Assembly (NCBI GenBank): GCA_013289095.1
Contig: JABDAO010000004.1
Span: forward strand, 1,530-65,529
Origin: Bacteroidota bacterium
GTDB taxonomy: Bacteria; Bacteroidota; Bacteroidia; Palsa-965
Reading direction: 5' to 3'
DNA: 64,000 bases
The position numbers were made by a program, and so were the translations under genes. Under the pieces are notes generated by a model. The model did not search any database. It was not told the origin of the DNA and worked only from the letters and a program-made list of their open reading frames with translations. Of the stretch, positions 35,665-45,253 are shown piece by piece (within the stretch, counting starts at the first letter, position 1; every line of letters begins with the position of its first letter).

Positions 35665-36492
35665 CTAAAATATTTTCATCTGTATGCCATTCTGCCGTTT
35701 TAATTCTGTTTTGATTTCAGCAATTTCCATCCTCAGCTCTTTGAGCGTATTGCTTATTCTGTCCTTGCTGATATTGGGTTCGGGAAGCTCCCGGCTCATA
35801 TACGTATTAAATTTCCAGACTTCCAGAATTTCTGAAAGATCAATCTCATAGGGCTGATATTCGGGATTCGTGCTCACAAGCATAAGCGATTTACGCTCCC
35901 CGATCTTGTTATAAACGCTTTTGAAAACAATCCCCTCGTCCTTCGTCACAATGATGTAGGGATAGCCATCCTTGATATGGTTCCAGTTTTCGACATATTC
36001 GGCCACTACCCACGATCCATGTGGCACAGGGGGCATGCTATCGCCGCTGATTTCGAATGAGCGGTATTTACGATTCCTGTCCAGAAAGGGCAGGCTGAAC
36101 GCCTGCAACACTTTGATGTAAGACGGATCAGCAAACCCTGCGGTATAACCGGCTTTTGCTTTGATGGGAACAAGTTCAATATTCTCTTCATTGTCCTGGT
36201 TTACAGTGGTTGCCAGGACACGGATGCGGTTGCCAGTAATATCAATATCATGACCACGCTCTATCTCACTAAGCAGGCTTTCTGAAATCTTCCCCAGTTC
36301 CACCCGGATCAGTTTGTCGAGGGTGATCTTGAAATATTCTGCAAACCGGATCAACGTATCCATGCTGGGCTCGGTAGACCCATTCTCATAACTGCAAAGG
36401 GTGGTTCGCTTTATGCCAAGGGTGGTTGCCACATCATCCTGAGATCGTTTACGGCGTTTGCGAAGTAGGCGGATATTGTCTGAAAAGTACAT
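35665..36492 (-). CDS. XRE-family HTH regulator fused to an S24 (LexA/CI-like) peptidase domain
   Basis: 275-aa ORF. The N-terminal HTH is RSQDDVATTLGIKRTTLCSYENGSTEPSMDTLIRFAEYF. The S24 core is FEISGDSMPP...YPYIIVTKDEGIVFKSV. There is a ~40-aa helical C-terminal tail. Confidence 0.85.
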   Translation of the reverse strand: MYFSDNIRLLRKRRKRSQDDVATTLGIKRTTLCSYENGSTEPSMDTLIRFAEYFKITLDKLIRVELGKISESLLSEIERGHDIDITGNRIRVLATTVNQDNEENIELVPIKAKAGYTAGFADPSYIKVLQAFSLPFLDRNRKYRSFEISGDSMPPVPHGSWVVAEYVENWNHIKDGYPYIIVTKDEGIVFKSVYNKIGERKSLMLVSTNPEYQPYEIDLSEILEVWKFNTYMSRELPEPNISKDRISNTLKELRMEIAEIKTELKRQNGIQMKIF

Positions 36493-36923
36493 GGGCTTTG
36501 TTTTTTGTGCAAGATAGCAAATGTTTTAAAATACAACAACACATTGTCATGTTAGTCGACATTTTATATGAAAAGGGCATGGAGATGCTGTCTTTTCTAT
36601 TTGCCCGGCAGACATCTGTCTTTTCCCAATTGGAATGTATGAGTTTCATAACGACGACTGTTTCTTTCAGAACGGACTGTTTACTCTCCAGTTGGTGTTG
36701 GAGTCTTTCCGATAAGGGTATGGCATGCCTCGTCTTCGAAAGCTGATTTAGCGAATGATATCGTTGCTTTTATATTTGACAAAGGAAAAGGGAACTTCAT
36801 GCCAATCGACTCCACCGTTTGTAGTCAAGCTGCGTGGGAAAGTGATTGGATTGGATATAGCAGAGAAAAGCCCAGGAAGGGCGAAAATAGCAGGCGCTTT
36901 GACGACCCCAGGCCCAAAGAAAG

Positions 36924-38033
36924 CTATTTTACAGTAAGGGCAAGTACACAGGTAATATCGCCGGCATTGTGTTTTCCGCCTTCCCATTGGGGCATTGCGG
37001 AGATCAGGCGAATGATTTCAACATCCAACTCCGGGTCAATGGAGTGGGTGATTTCAATATCTGCAATTTTTCCTCGCGAAGTGACCGTAAACATAACACC
37101 GACAGCCTTTCCAGTTAGTGTTCTTTTGTCTTTTACAGGATTTTTGAAGTGAGTAGCCACATAGTCCTCCAGCATTTCATCTCCCCCAGGAAAGGCGGGC
37201 ATATCTTCAGGAAGCGCCAGAGTAGCTCCTCTGTCTCTCGGCACCGAAAGTTGACCGTTCCTGGCCGCTTTCCGGCTATTGCCAGAGGTTTTTGTCATTT
37301 TCTGAAGCACCTTGACGTTCACAATTTGAAGATTTGCATAGTTCTCGTTTCGAACTGAAATTTCGGAACTAGTCACTTCTTTATTTGGCGGATCAGCTAC
37401 TGCGTCAGTCTGATTGGCCACATTTGGAACACTTGAAGCGGAGGATTCAGACTTTGGGGATTCGGGGGGCACTGGAGTAGCGGATGCTACGGCTGGATTT
37501 TCCACACTCCTCGAAGCACCGGAAGAAGGTTGGATCGTGGTTTTATGGGTTGAAAACTCCTCTTCAGTAATTAGATTGCGTGACGTGTCAGAAATAGGTA
37601 ATGAACTGGTATTGGAAGGAGGCAATGGTTGGACGGCTAGATGACTGGTTGCAGAGATAGGGTTGTTTTGCTTTTCGGGTTGATTTGCAAAATGATAAAG
37701 TACCCCCCCTCCGATAAGCAACAAGAGTGCTGCCCCGCCAGCTGCAAAATAGGCTCCCGGTCTTGTCCAGAAAGCAATTTTTGGAGCGGGGCCCACCAGG
37801 TCCGAAATTCGGGCATTTACGTTCTTTGCAATGCTTGAAATATCAGGCGACGCTTCCTGACTTAGATCCATATCCTCAAGGACCTGTGAACAGAAATCAC
37901 AATCAAGCAGATGTTTTTCTACTTCGTGCACATTTTTACGCGAAAGCGAGCCATCGATGTATTCACGCAAGAATCCCGTCGAAAGGCAATTGCCACCCGA
38001 GAAAGAAGGGGAATATGATGCTTCAGTGTTCAT
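36924..38033 (-). CDS. anti-sigma factor (zf-HC2) fused to a TonB C-terminal domain
   Basis: 369-aa ORF. N-terminus EVEKHLLDCDFCSQVLEDM (zf-HC2). It has a TM helix and a low-complexity S/P-rich linker. C-terminus MPAFPGGDEMLEDYVATHFKNPV...GKAVGVMFTVTSRGKIADIEI (TonB_C). Confidence 0.75.
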   Translation of the reverse strand: MNTEASYSPSFSGGNCLSTGFLREYIDGSLSRKNVHEVEKHLLDCDFCSQVLEDMDLSQEASPDISSIAKNVNARISDLVGPAPKIAFWTRPGAYFAAGGAALLLLIGGGVLYHFANQPEKQNNPISATSHLAVQPLPPSNTSSLPISDTSRNLITEEEFSTHKTTIQPSSGASRSVENPAVASATPVPPESPKSESSASSVPNVANQTDAVADPPNKEVTSSEISVRNENYANLQIVNVKVLQKMTKTSGNSRKAARNGQLSVPRDRGATLALPEDMPAFPGGDEMLEDYVATHFKNPVKDKRTLTGKAVGVMFTVTSRGKIADIEITHSIDPELDVEIIRLISAMPQWEGGKHNAGDITCVLALTVK

Positions 38034-38598
38034 TTACTGTGTGTGAAAGCAGGCCTTTTAGATTACGTTTCCCATTTTGCAGATAACTTTTCACCTCATT
38101 GAGCGGGTATCCGGTAATATCCGATACTTCCTTGTAACTTTTTTCCTGGAGATAAAACAGGTCGATACACACTTGTTGCTCGGTGTTCAGATTTGATATG
38201 GCTTTCTTCAAATCATCCAGCTGGTTATCGAGCAAGTAAGGGTCAAAATCGTAATTTGTTTCATCCGGAATATATTTTAAAACCGCCTCGGGTTTAAACT
38301 TCTTGTCGTTTGCACTTCTGATCTTTTTCAGACAATGGTGCTTTGTCACGCTATAGGCCCAGGCCCTGAAATTAGTGATGGTGTGCGTTTTTAAATCTTT
38401 CAGGATGATTTCAAAGACCTCCATCAGGGCATCTTCTGCATCCGCCTGTTTTTTGAGGTATCGGTAGGTGACCACCGCAAGCTGTTGGGTAAAACGCTGA
38501 AACAGCACTCCGGCATAATACGGCTCAGCCGAACCCTTATACAGGGCAATGAGTTCATCATCGCTCAAACTGTCTATGTTTTTCGGGTGTGGTCTCAA
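38023..38598 (-). CDS. ECF-type RNA polymerase sigma-70 factor
   Basis: 191-aa ORF. Region 2 is FRAWAYSVTKHHCLKKIR and region 4 is QQVCIDLFYLQEKSYKEVSDITGYPLNEVKSYLQNGKRNL. It overlaps the anti-sigma start by 11 nt. Confidence 0.9.
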   Translation of the reverse strand: MRPHPKNIDSLSDDELIALYKGSAEPYYAGVLFQRFTQQLAVVTYRYLKKQADAEDALMEVFEIILKDLKTHTITNFRAWAYSVTKHHCLKKIRSANDKKFKPEAVLKYIPDETNYDFDPYLLDNQLDDLKKAISNLNTEQQVCIDLFYLQEKSYKEVSDITGYPLNEVKSYLQNGKRNLKGLLSHTVNEH

Positions 38599-39226
38599 TT
38601 CCTGCGGCCTTAGTGGTTCCTGAGGTGGATTTTTTCAAATCACTTATTGAATCACTAATATACAAAGATTTATCAGCAAATTCAAATCCTGGTTCAGTCA
38701 TCCTGCAATGATGGGGAAGGGGAGGCGCCGATTCCATAAAAAAAGAAACAATATATCTTTTTTACCACTTTCGTGTGGAATTTCTGGGTTCGTCACCCTT
38801 ATCAATTAAACAAACTGAAACCCGGAAAACATCATGACGCCAAACCGCCAAACTCCCCCCACTCACGTTTCATTCGTTAAATTGATTATTTTCGGAAAGA
38901 CCGGGAGAGCGTTCCTCGGTAAGAGCCTGGTGTTCGCTTTTGTGGCACTGATGATGCTGCCATCCTGCAAAAGCCATAAACTTTGTGAAGCCTATTCAGA
39001 TGCCAGGACCCTGAAACACGGGCCTGTAGAAAAAAGCATTTCAAGCAACACAATCAGCAAAGACCACACACATCCGATGTAACCCGGTATCCTTTTCACA
39101 CAAGGGCAGGCTAATTCAACAGGCTGGACTGGGCAAGTGGCTACAGGCGTTTCTCCATAGTGAGGGCGTCTGTTTTTTTTTCGTTTCAGGCTCCTGGCCA
39201 GGTCGTGCTTGCGGCGCCTCTGGATT

Positions 39227-39609
39227 ATTTAGGGTTCACTCAAACACCTCCAACCATCACTCAATCAACACATAATGTCTCATTTTCATCATTGAGATGC
39301 AAGACTAAATGTCGATTCCAATCAAAACCCTTGCACCAAGCAGTACGTGGACGAACTTTGTGTTCAAAGGAATTTTTTAGTTACTTTTTGCTCGTCCAAC
39401 CCCGCCTGCCGACGCGCAGGAAGCTTGAGGGGCGGGGCAGGAAAGTAACGCAAAAAAGACGCCACGCGGACCAACTTCAAGATGGCTTTTCAGCACAGGC
39501 CATCGCTTCTCGCCAGCCATCTTGAAGTTCGCTCTCCGCGTGGACTCCCCAGCGCACAGGGCGATTCGTCCTCCACTAGATTGCCGACTTTTTGAGTGGA
39601 CCCTATTTA
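39227..39609. mobile_element. MITE-like element (~380 bp) with terminal inverted repeats and dense internal hairpins
   Basis: The left end ATTTAGGGTTCACTCAAA matches the right end TTTGAGTGGACCCTATTTA at 16 of 19 positions when inverted. TGGATTA occurs just outside both ends. Internally, CCACGCGGACCAACTTCAAGATGGCT pairs with AGCCATCTTGAAGTTCGCTCTCCGCGTGG. No coding capacity. Confidence 0.55.
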
Positions 39610-39717
39610 TGGATGGATTATCCTCTGTTAAATAATGTTAATCTACCACCCGTGCCCCTGTTGTGTGTAATTTTACTGATGAAACCTTCTGTTCCTCCCA
39701 GAAGGCAAGAGTGAGCG

Positions 39718-41301
39718 ATGAAGATCAGGCATGTAAAGATGATAAGTATCCTGGCCGGTTTAGCCCTTTTTGGGCTTATCGGGATTCAGTTGTATTGGGT
39801 AAAAAATGCCATTGCTCTGAAGCAACAACACTTTGAACAGGGCGTGAATGAGGCGCTCAACATGGTTGTGTACAAGTTGGAGAAACAATATGCGGGGGAG
39901 AAAGTCAGAAGACGTATGCAGATGCGTGAGCATGGACGGCGCTGGATGCTCAAACGAGACTCGATGATCAGCCGGGTGGTGTTTTTCAGGAATGCAGATT
40001 CGATCAAGGATCAGCTCAGCCGTCTCAATGGTTATACTGAAGAATATATTGTTCAGAATTCATTGCCCCATGAACAATGCAGTGACCCCGAAAATTGTGT
40101 CCATGCCAGGGAGAATGTGCCCTGCACACCCGGCGCTACCATCTTGTTCCACCGGAATGATTCTTCGAGCATGCATGTGCAGCTCATGATCCAGCATTCT
40201 GACCTGATGAGCGATGTATTCGATGAACTGGCAGGGATCGACCTCCTTAACGATGTGCATACACACATTGATACTGCCGCCCTGGATTCACTCTTACGCG
40301 CAGAGTTTCACAACAAAGGTATTTTCACTTCTTACAAGTTTGGTATAATCAGACCCAATCGTATTAATATACCCGTGAACGCTGTGGACGAAGACAATGT
40401 GGCTCAACTTGTTTCTTCCAGATACCGGACCAATCTGTCTCCCCAAAACGTTTATACCGAACCTCGTTATCTCTCGGTTTTTTTTCCCAACGAAAAGCAC
40501 TACATCCTCCGGCAAATGTGGATCATGCTCCTGCTCTCTGCGGTATTAATGTGTGTGCTCATCTATTCCTTTTATTTTACCGTTTCCACCATAGTGAAAC
40601 AGAAGAAGCTCTCTGATATCAAAAATGATTTTATAAATAACATGACCCATGAGTTCAAAACACCCATCGCAACCATTTCCCTGGCTTGCGAAGTATTGAA
40701 CGATGTTTCGGTCGAAAAGTCAACGGAGAAGGTGAATAATTATGTGCGGGTCATTAATGAGGAGAACAAACGTCTTGGTACGCTGGTAGAGAACGTACTT
40801 CGTACTGCTATCATCGACAAAGGTGAGCTAAAACTCAAGATCACCGATGTCAACCTGCACGATGTCATCGAACAAGCCATCAGTAATAGCCGTTTGCAGG
40901 TGGAACGCCAGGAGGGCAGCATCACTACCGAGTTGCACGCAGAGAGGCCTGTTATTGCGGTGGATAGAGTGCACTTCACCAATGTGATCTATAACCTCAT
41001 CGACAATGCCCTGAAATACACCACCGACAAACCCCGGATCAGTATTTCTACACAGGACACTAAGGATGGAATCCTGGTATCGGTAAAAGACAATGGCATT
41101 GGCATAAGCAGTGAAAACCAAAAAAAGATCTTTGAGAAACTCTTCCGTGTACCGACCGGAAATATCCACAATGTAAAAGGTTTTGGACTCGGTCTCAGTT
41201 ATGTGAAAGCCATTGTCGAAAAACATGGAGGTTCCATCCGTGTCGAAAGTGAACTTGGGAAGGGAAGCGAGTTCATCATCTTTCTGCCGGCGAAGGCTTA
41301 A
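39718..41301 (+). CDS. sensor histidine kinase (two TM helices, HisKA + HATPase_c)
   Basis: 527-aa ORF. The H-box is FINNMTHEFKTPIATI, the N-box is NLIDNALKYT, and the G-boxes are DNGIGIS and GFGLGLSYV. Confidence 0.9.
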   Translation: MKIRHVKMISILAGLALFGLIGIQLYWVKNAIALKQQHFEQGVNEALNMVVYKLEKQYAGEKVRRRMQMREHGRRWMLKRDSMISRVVFFRNADSIKDQLSRLNGYTEEYIVQNSLPHEQCSDPENCVHARENVPCTPGATILFHRNDSSSMHVQLMIQHSDLMSDVFDELAGIDLLNDVHTHIDTAALDSLLRAEFHNKGIFTSYKFGIIRPNRINIPVNAVDEDNVAQLVSSRYRTNLSPQNVYTEPRYLSVFFPNEKHYILRQMWIMLLLSAVLMCVLIYSFYFTVSTIVKQKKLSDIKNDFINNMTHEFKTPIATISLACEVLNDVSVEKSTEKVNNYVRVINEENKRLGTLVENVLRTAIIDKGELKLKITDVNLHDVIEQAISNSRLQVERQEGSITTELHAERPVIAVDRVHFTNVIYNLIDNALKYTTDKPRISISTQDTKDGILVSVKDNGIGISSENQKKIFEKLFRVPTGNIHNVKGFGLGLSYVKAIVEKHGGSIRVESELGKGSEFIIFLPAKA

Positions 41302-41355
41302 CATGCCGGGTTATTGTGCGGAGAGTGTATATTGTAACCAACATATCAGAAAACC

Positions 41356-42057
41356 ATGTCTGAAGAAAAAGTAAAAGTACTCCTCGCCGAAGACGACCGT
41401 AACCTGGGCAGCTTGCTCAAGGAGTACCTGGACGCAAAGGGATATTCCACATCGCTTGCCGCAAATGGAAAAGAGGCCATGGATCTCTTCAGACGGAATA
41501 AATTCGATATCTGTTTGTTCGATGTCATGATGCCTGTGAAAGATGGTTTCACCCTGGCACGCGAGGTGCGCGAGCTGGACGCGGCCATCCCGGTAGTTTT
41601 CCTCACGGCGAAATCCATGAAGGAGGACGCGATCGAAGGGTTTACAGTGGGGGCTGATGATTACATTACAAAACCATTCAGTATGGAGGAACTGCTCCTG
41701 AGGCTGAAAGCAATCCTCCGCCGCACGCGCAGCCAGAATGTGGCCAATTCTACCCAACATGAATTCAAAGTGGGCGCCTATGACTTTGACTACAACAGAC
41801 AGGTGCTCTTGCACAAAGGCAAACCCGAGAAACTTACTTCCAAAGAAGCCGATTTGCTTCGTCTGCTCTGTCTAAACTCAAACGATATTCTCGACCGTTC
41901 TTTTGCGCTGAACACCATCTGGAAAGACGACAGCTATTTCAACTCCCGTAGCATGGATGTTTACATTGCAAAGCTCCGCAAATACCTCAAAGAGGATCCT
42001 TCTGTAGAGATACTCAATATACATGGCAAGGGCTTTAAACTGTTGGTGGGAAATTAA
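41356..42057 (+). CDS. OmpR/PhoB-family response regulator
   Basis: 233-aa ORF. The receiver domain has LLAEDD...DICLFDVMMP...FLTAK. The C-terminal winged-helix has LTSKEADLLRLL...DVYIAKLRKYL. Confidence 0.92.
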   Translation: MSEEKVKVLLAEDDRNLGSLLKEYLDAKGYSTSLAANGKEAMDLFRRNKFDICLFDVMMPVKDGFTLAREVRELDAAIPVVFLTAKSMKEDAIEGFTVGADDYITKPFSMEELLLRLKAILRRTRSQNVANSTQHEFKVGAYDFDYNRQVLLHKGKPEKLTSKEADLLRLLCLNSNDILDRSFALNTIWKDDSYFNSRSMDVYIAKLRKYLKEDPSVEILNIHGKGFKLLVGN

Positions 42058-42077
42058 ACACTACCTGCTTTCTTCTT

Positions 42078-42605
42078 TTATTGAAGCGCTGCCTGAGCTG
42101 CCGATACAAATTCTTCATAACTTTTCCGCCGGTCTTTCGTAAACGGAATTGTCATAAAGCTATAACTGTCCCAAAAGAGACTGTACCTCTTTGCTGGAAC
42201 TGATAGGCTAAAAGTGTATCGTGAGGTTTCTTGCATCACTTTGTCCTCTACCTCGATTTCAAGATTTGCATAATCCCGAATCTGCCTGTTTGTAGACCTT
42301 AATCCCCCCATATGTGGCGTCCATTCAGTTAGTCGTATGTGTCGGATTTCATTCCGGGCGTATAGATTCACGGTGGAGAATGAACGGCCATAAAAACTGG
42401 GTACAACAACGCGCAGATGGGAGTCGTCCAGAATCAGTTCGAAATCGACCCGGTTCATGGAATTCAGGACTGCGAGTAACCCTATCCCGATTGGAACAGC
42501 AAGCGGAAAGTGGTAGATTGAATAAAAAAAGAAAGACACAGGGATTAAAGCAAATACACACACCCTGGAAAAGTAAAAACTACCAGGAACTGTAGTCTGC
42601 AACAT
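42078..42605 (-). CDS. hypothetical membrane protein
   Basis: 175-aa ORF with two N-terminal hydrophobic helices and no recognised domain. Confidence 0.5.
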   Translation of the reverse strand: MLQTTVPGSFYFSRVCVFALIPVSFFFYSIYHFPLAVPIGIGLLAVLNSMNRVDFELILDDSHLRVVVPSFYGRSFSTVNLYARNEIRHIRLTEWTPHMGGLRSTNRQIRDYANLEIEVEDKVMQETSRYTFSLSVPAKRYSLFWDSYSFMTIPFTKDRRKSYEEFVSAAQAALQ

Positions 42606-42674
42606 AGGATGCCCAGGTTATTGAACTGGTGATTAATTGGTCTAATGCCTTGTCTTGATCTTTTGCTGGCAGGC

Positions 42675-43463
42675 TTAAAGACACGCCGTCCTTCCACCGT
42701 CCACAGGCACATTGATGCCCGATATATACGCAGCAGCCGGTGATACCAGAAATGCAACTGCATTGGCAATCTCCGCAGCTTCGGCAAAACGGCCGACAGG
42801 TATTTCAGCCAGCATCTCTTTCCGTACATCAGCGAGTGTATGTCCTGTCTTGGCCGCCTTGTTTTCAATGATGGAACTCAGACGTACCGTATTTGTTGCC
42901 CCAGGGAGCACATTGTTTACCGTTATGCCCATTGGCCCCAGCTCGATGGAAAGTGTTTTAGACCAGTTGGCTACTGCAGCCCTCACGGTGTTCGATACTC
43001 CAAGCCCGTGTAGGGGCTGTTTTACAGAAGTGGAGATAATGTTTACGATACGCCCGTAGCCGCTGCGGCGCATACCATCAACCAGGGTCTGAACAAGGAG
43101 ATGGTTGCACAAAAGGTGGTTGGAGAACGCCTGTGTAAACTCTTCGGGTTTGGCAAGAACAATCGGGCCGCCTGGAGGGCCTCCGGTATTGTTGACAAGA
43201 ATGTTTACGGCGCCGTTGCGAATGACATAACGGTTTATCTTATCCTGTAACTCAACCGGGTTGGTGAAATCAACAGGTATATAATCATGTTGCTGGCCTT
43301 TTGCAGTGCTTAGTTCGGCTTTCACGGCGCGAAGGTTTTCTTCATTGCGGGCAACCAGTATCACTTTAGCTCCCATTTGCGCCAGCTCGAGGGCGATGGC
43401 TTTTCCGATGCCCTGTGTGCTTCCGCAGACGAGGGCTGATTTGGTACTCAGATCGAGGTTCAT
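42675..43463 (-). CDS. SDR-family oxidoreductase (FabG-like)
   Basis: 262-aa ORF with the cofactor motif VCGSTQGIGKAIA, NNTGG, and a catalytic-region S...VSNTVRAAV context. Confidence 0.88.
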   Translation of the reverse strand: MNLDLSTKSALVCGSTQGIGKAIALELAQMGAKVILVARNEENLRAVKAELSTAKGQQHDYIPVDFTNPVELQDKINRYVIRNGAVNILVNNTGGPPGGPIVLAKPEEFTQAFSNHLLCNHLLVQTLVDGMRRSGYGRIVNIISTSVKQPLHGLGVSNTVRAAVANWSKTLSIELGPMGITVNNVLPGATNTVRLSSIIENKAAKTGHTLADVRKEMLAEIPVGRFAEAAEIANAVAFLVSPAAAYISGINVPVDGGRTACL

Positions 43464-43566
43464 GTTGTCAAAGATACTAATTCAGAAAGACGCATAATTC
43501 TAGTTATCTGTGAATTTTGCTGGCCGCATCATCCCGCTTCACACCGGGAGTGCGTCAGGCATTGTG

Positions 43567-44283
43567 TTATCGCTCAAAGCAGTAGCCCGTGGTAATGCTT
43601 ACATAACCCTTTGCCGTGCCTTCCTGTAACTTGGTGATGGAACTGAATTCCTGCGAATTCTTCAGGTTCCAGGCCGATCCCGGCATGCAGTCTACACCGA
43701 CAATGAGGCCCATGGAAAACCGTTTCGAACAACGATAGCTGTAGGAAACCGAATAGTTGTATAAAAACAAACCTGCTCCCAACGGGCGTATGTTGTAGAG
43801 GGCGTATGTTGCAGGGGCTGATGGTTTTTCAATGCCTCCGGGCAGTTCGGATGGGCGCAGGTACACATTCATGTAACCAAGGCCAAAACCGGTAAGCACC
43901 GAGACCTCTGCTTTTTCTCCATCGTAGAACTTGTATCCGGCATAGAAATAGCCAAACCCTCCACTTTGTACATAGTCTCCCGTCTGAAAGATAGTGTGAA
44001 AGATGACCAGGTCGGAGCCCACCAGCAACCGGTCTTGCATGATCATGCCCCCGCAACCTACGGCTTGGGCATTGGCATTGATCTGGGGCAAGTTGGCGGC
44101 CAGAAGCAACATGTTTACATTGTTGTATTTGCCATAAAGGTGTGAGCCGGTGAGGTAGAGCGTCACTGTTTTTTCTTCCTCGAAATTTTTGTACTTTTCA
44201 TACAACTGCGTATAATCCATTTGGGCGTGTATGTCAACCGCACTGACACTGCCTGCAAGCAACAGAAAGAGTGGTTTTCGCAT
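43567..44283 (-). CDS. hypothetical outer-membrane beta-barrel-like protein
   Basis: 238-aa ORF with a signal peptide. It has alternating aromatic/glycine-rich strands and ends ...GYCFER. Confidence 0.6.
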   Translation of the reverse strand: MRKPLFLLLAGSVSAVDIHAQMDYTQLYEKYKNFEEEKTVTLYLTGSHLYGKYNNVNMLLLAANLPQINANAQAVGCGGMIMQDRLLVGSDLVIFHTIFQTGDYVQSGGFGYFYAGYKFYDGEKAEVSVLTGFGLGYMNVYLRPSELPGGIEKPSAPATYALYNIRPLGAGLFLYNYSVSYSYRCSKRFSMGLIVGVDCMPGSAWNLKNSQEFSSITKLQEGTAKGYVSITTGYCFER

Positions 44284-44293
44284 GGGGGATGAG

Positions 44294-44390
44294 TTGAGGG
44301 CATCTCTAATAAACCCGTTTTCTTGACCTCTCCCTGCCCCTCTCCCAAGGAGAGAGCATGTTTGGATGGGGTTATTAGAGATGCCCTTGA
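44294..44390. repeat. REP hairpin family 1, copy 2
   Basis: TTGAGGGCATCTCTAATAAACCCGTTTTCTTGACCTCTCCCTGCCCCTCTCCCAAGGAGAGAGCATGTTTGGATGGGGTTATTAGAGATGCCCTTGA. It begins 10 nt upstream of the 44283 start codon. Confidence 0.8.
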
Positions 44391-44598
44391 GTCTGTTCTT
44401 TAATAACTCTGTTTTGGGGTTGTTTATTGTGAGGCCTCACAAAAAAGCGGAAAGATTCAGCGATTTGAACGGTTTTTTTACAAAACAATGATAGTGACTC
44501 GTCCCCGATCGGATAAGTTTCAGGCATCTAATCGATACCAACCCGGTCAGAAATTTATACAGTTTACTACCTTAGCAGCTAATTAATACCTACAGCCC

Positions 44599-45141
44599 AT
44601 GAGTATCCGCCGCCCTTTCAATTTCAAAAAATGGATCGATGAAAACCGTCACCTGCTCAAACCTCCGGTAGGAAACAAGGTGGTGTACGAAAACACGGAG
44701 TTTATTGTCATGGTGGTTGGCGGCCCCAACTCGCGCAAGGATTATCATTTAAACGAAAGCGAAGAGTTTTTCTACCAGCTCGAAGGCGACATTGTGGTAC
44801 AAATACAGGAAGACGGCAAAGCCGTGGAAGTGCCCATCCGCGAAGGCGATATCTTCCTGCTCCCCCCAAACGTTCCGCATAACCCCCGCAGGGGCCCCAA
44901 CACCATCGGCCTGGTGATGGAGCGTAAACGCAAAGCCACCGAACAAGACGGGCTGCTCTGGTTCTGCGAAAAATGCAACCACAAACTCTTCGACAAACGT
45001 TTTGCCCTCACCAATATCATGACCCAGTTTCAGGAAACATTTGCCGAGTTCTATGGAAGCGTTGAACTTCGTACTTGCAGGCAATGCGGAACGGTGATGC
45101 AGCCTCCCCTGGCTCCGAAGGAAGTTTCTTCGCCTACTTAG
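44599..45141 (+). CDS. nbaC: 3-hydroxyanthranilate 3,4-dioxygenase
   Basis: 180-aa ORF. FNFKKWIDENRHLLKPPVGNK...DYHLNESEEFFYQLEGD...DIFLLPPNVPHNPRR is the cupin core of HAAO. The C-terminal CEKC...CRQC is a rubredoxin-like site. Confidence 0.88.
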   Translation: MSIRRPFNFKKWIDENRHLLKPPVGNKVVYENTEFIVMVVGGPNSRKDYHLNESEEFFYQLEGDIVVQIQEDGKAVEVPIREGDIFLLPPNVPHNPRRGPNTIGLVMERKRKATEQDGLLWFCEKCNHKLFDKRFALTNIMTQFQETFAEFYGSVELRTCRQCGTVMQPPLAPKEVSSPT

Positions 45142-45253
45142 GGTAGGTTGGTTGAACCCTGCATAATGGTTGTTATACAATTGTATGAACTCCATCCTGC
45201 TCAATCCGGGTAAGATGTTGGTGTTTCCCTATCAGACGGTGGCTGATTGCAAG

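Noticed and set aside
38834-39082. 82-aa ORF downstream of the ECF sigma promoter region
   Set aside because: It has no motif, a weak signal-like segment only, and its 3' end lies ~80 nt from the spurious ORF 39160-39525 that runs into the MITE-like element. The evidence is insufficient to call a gene.
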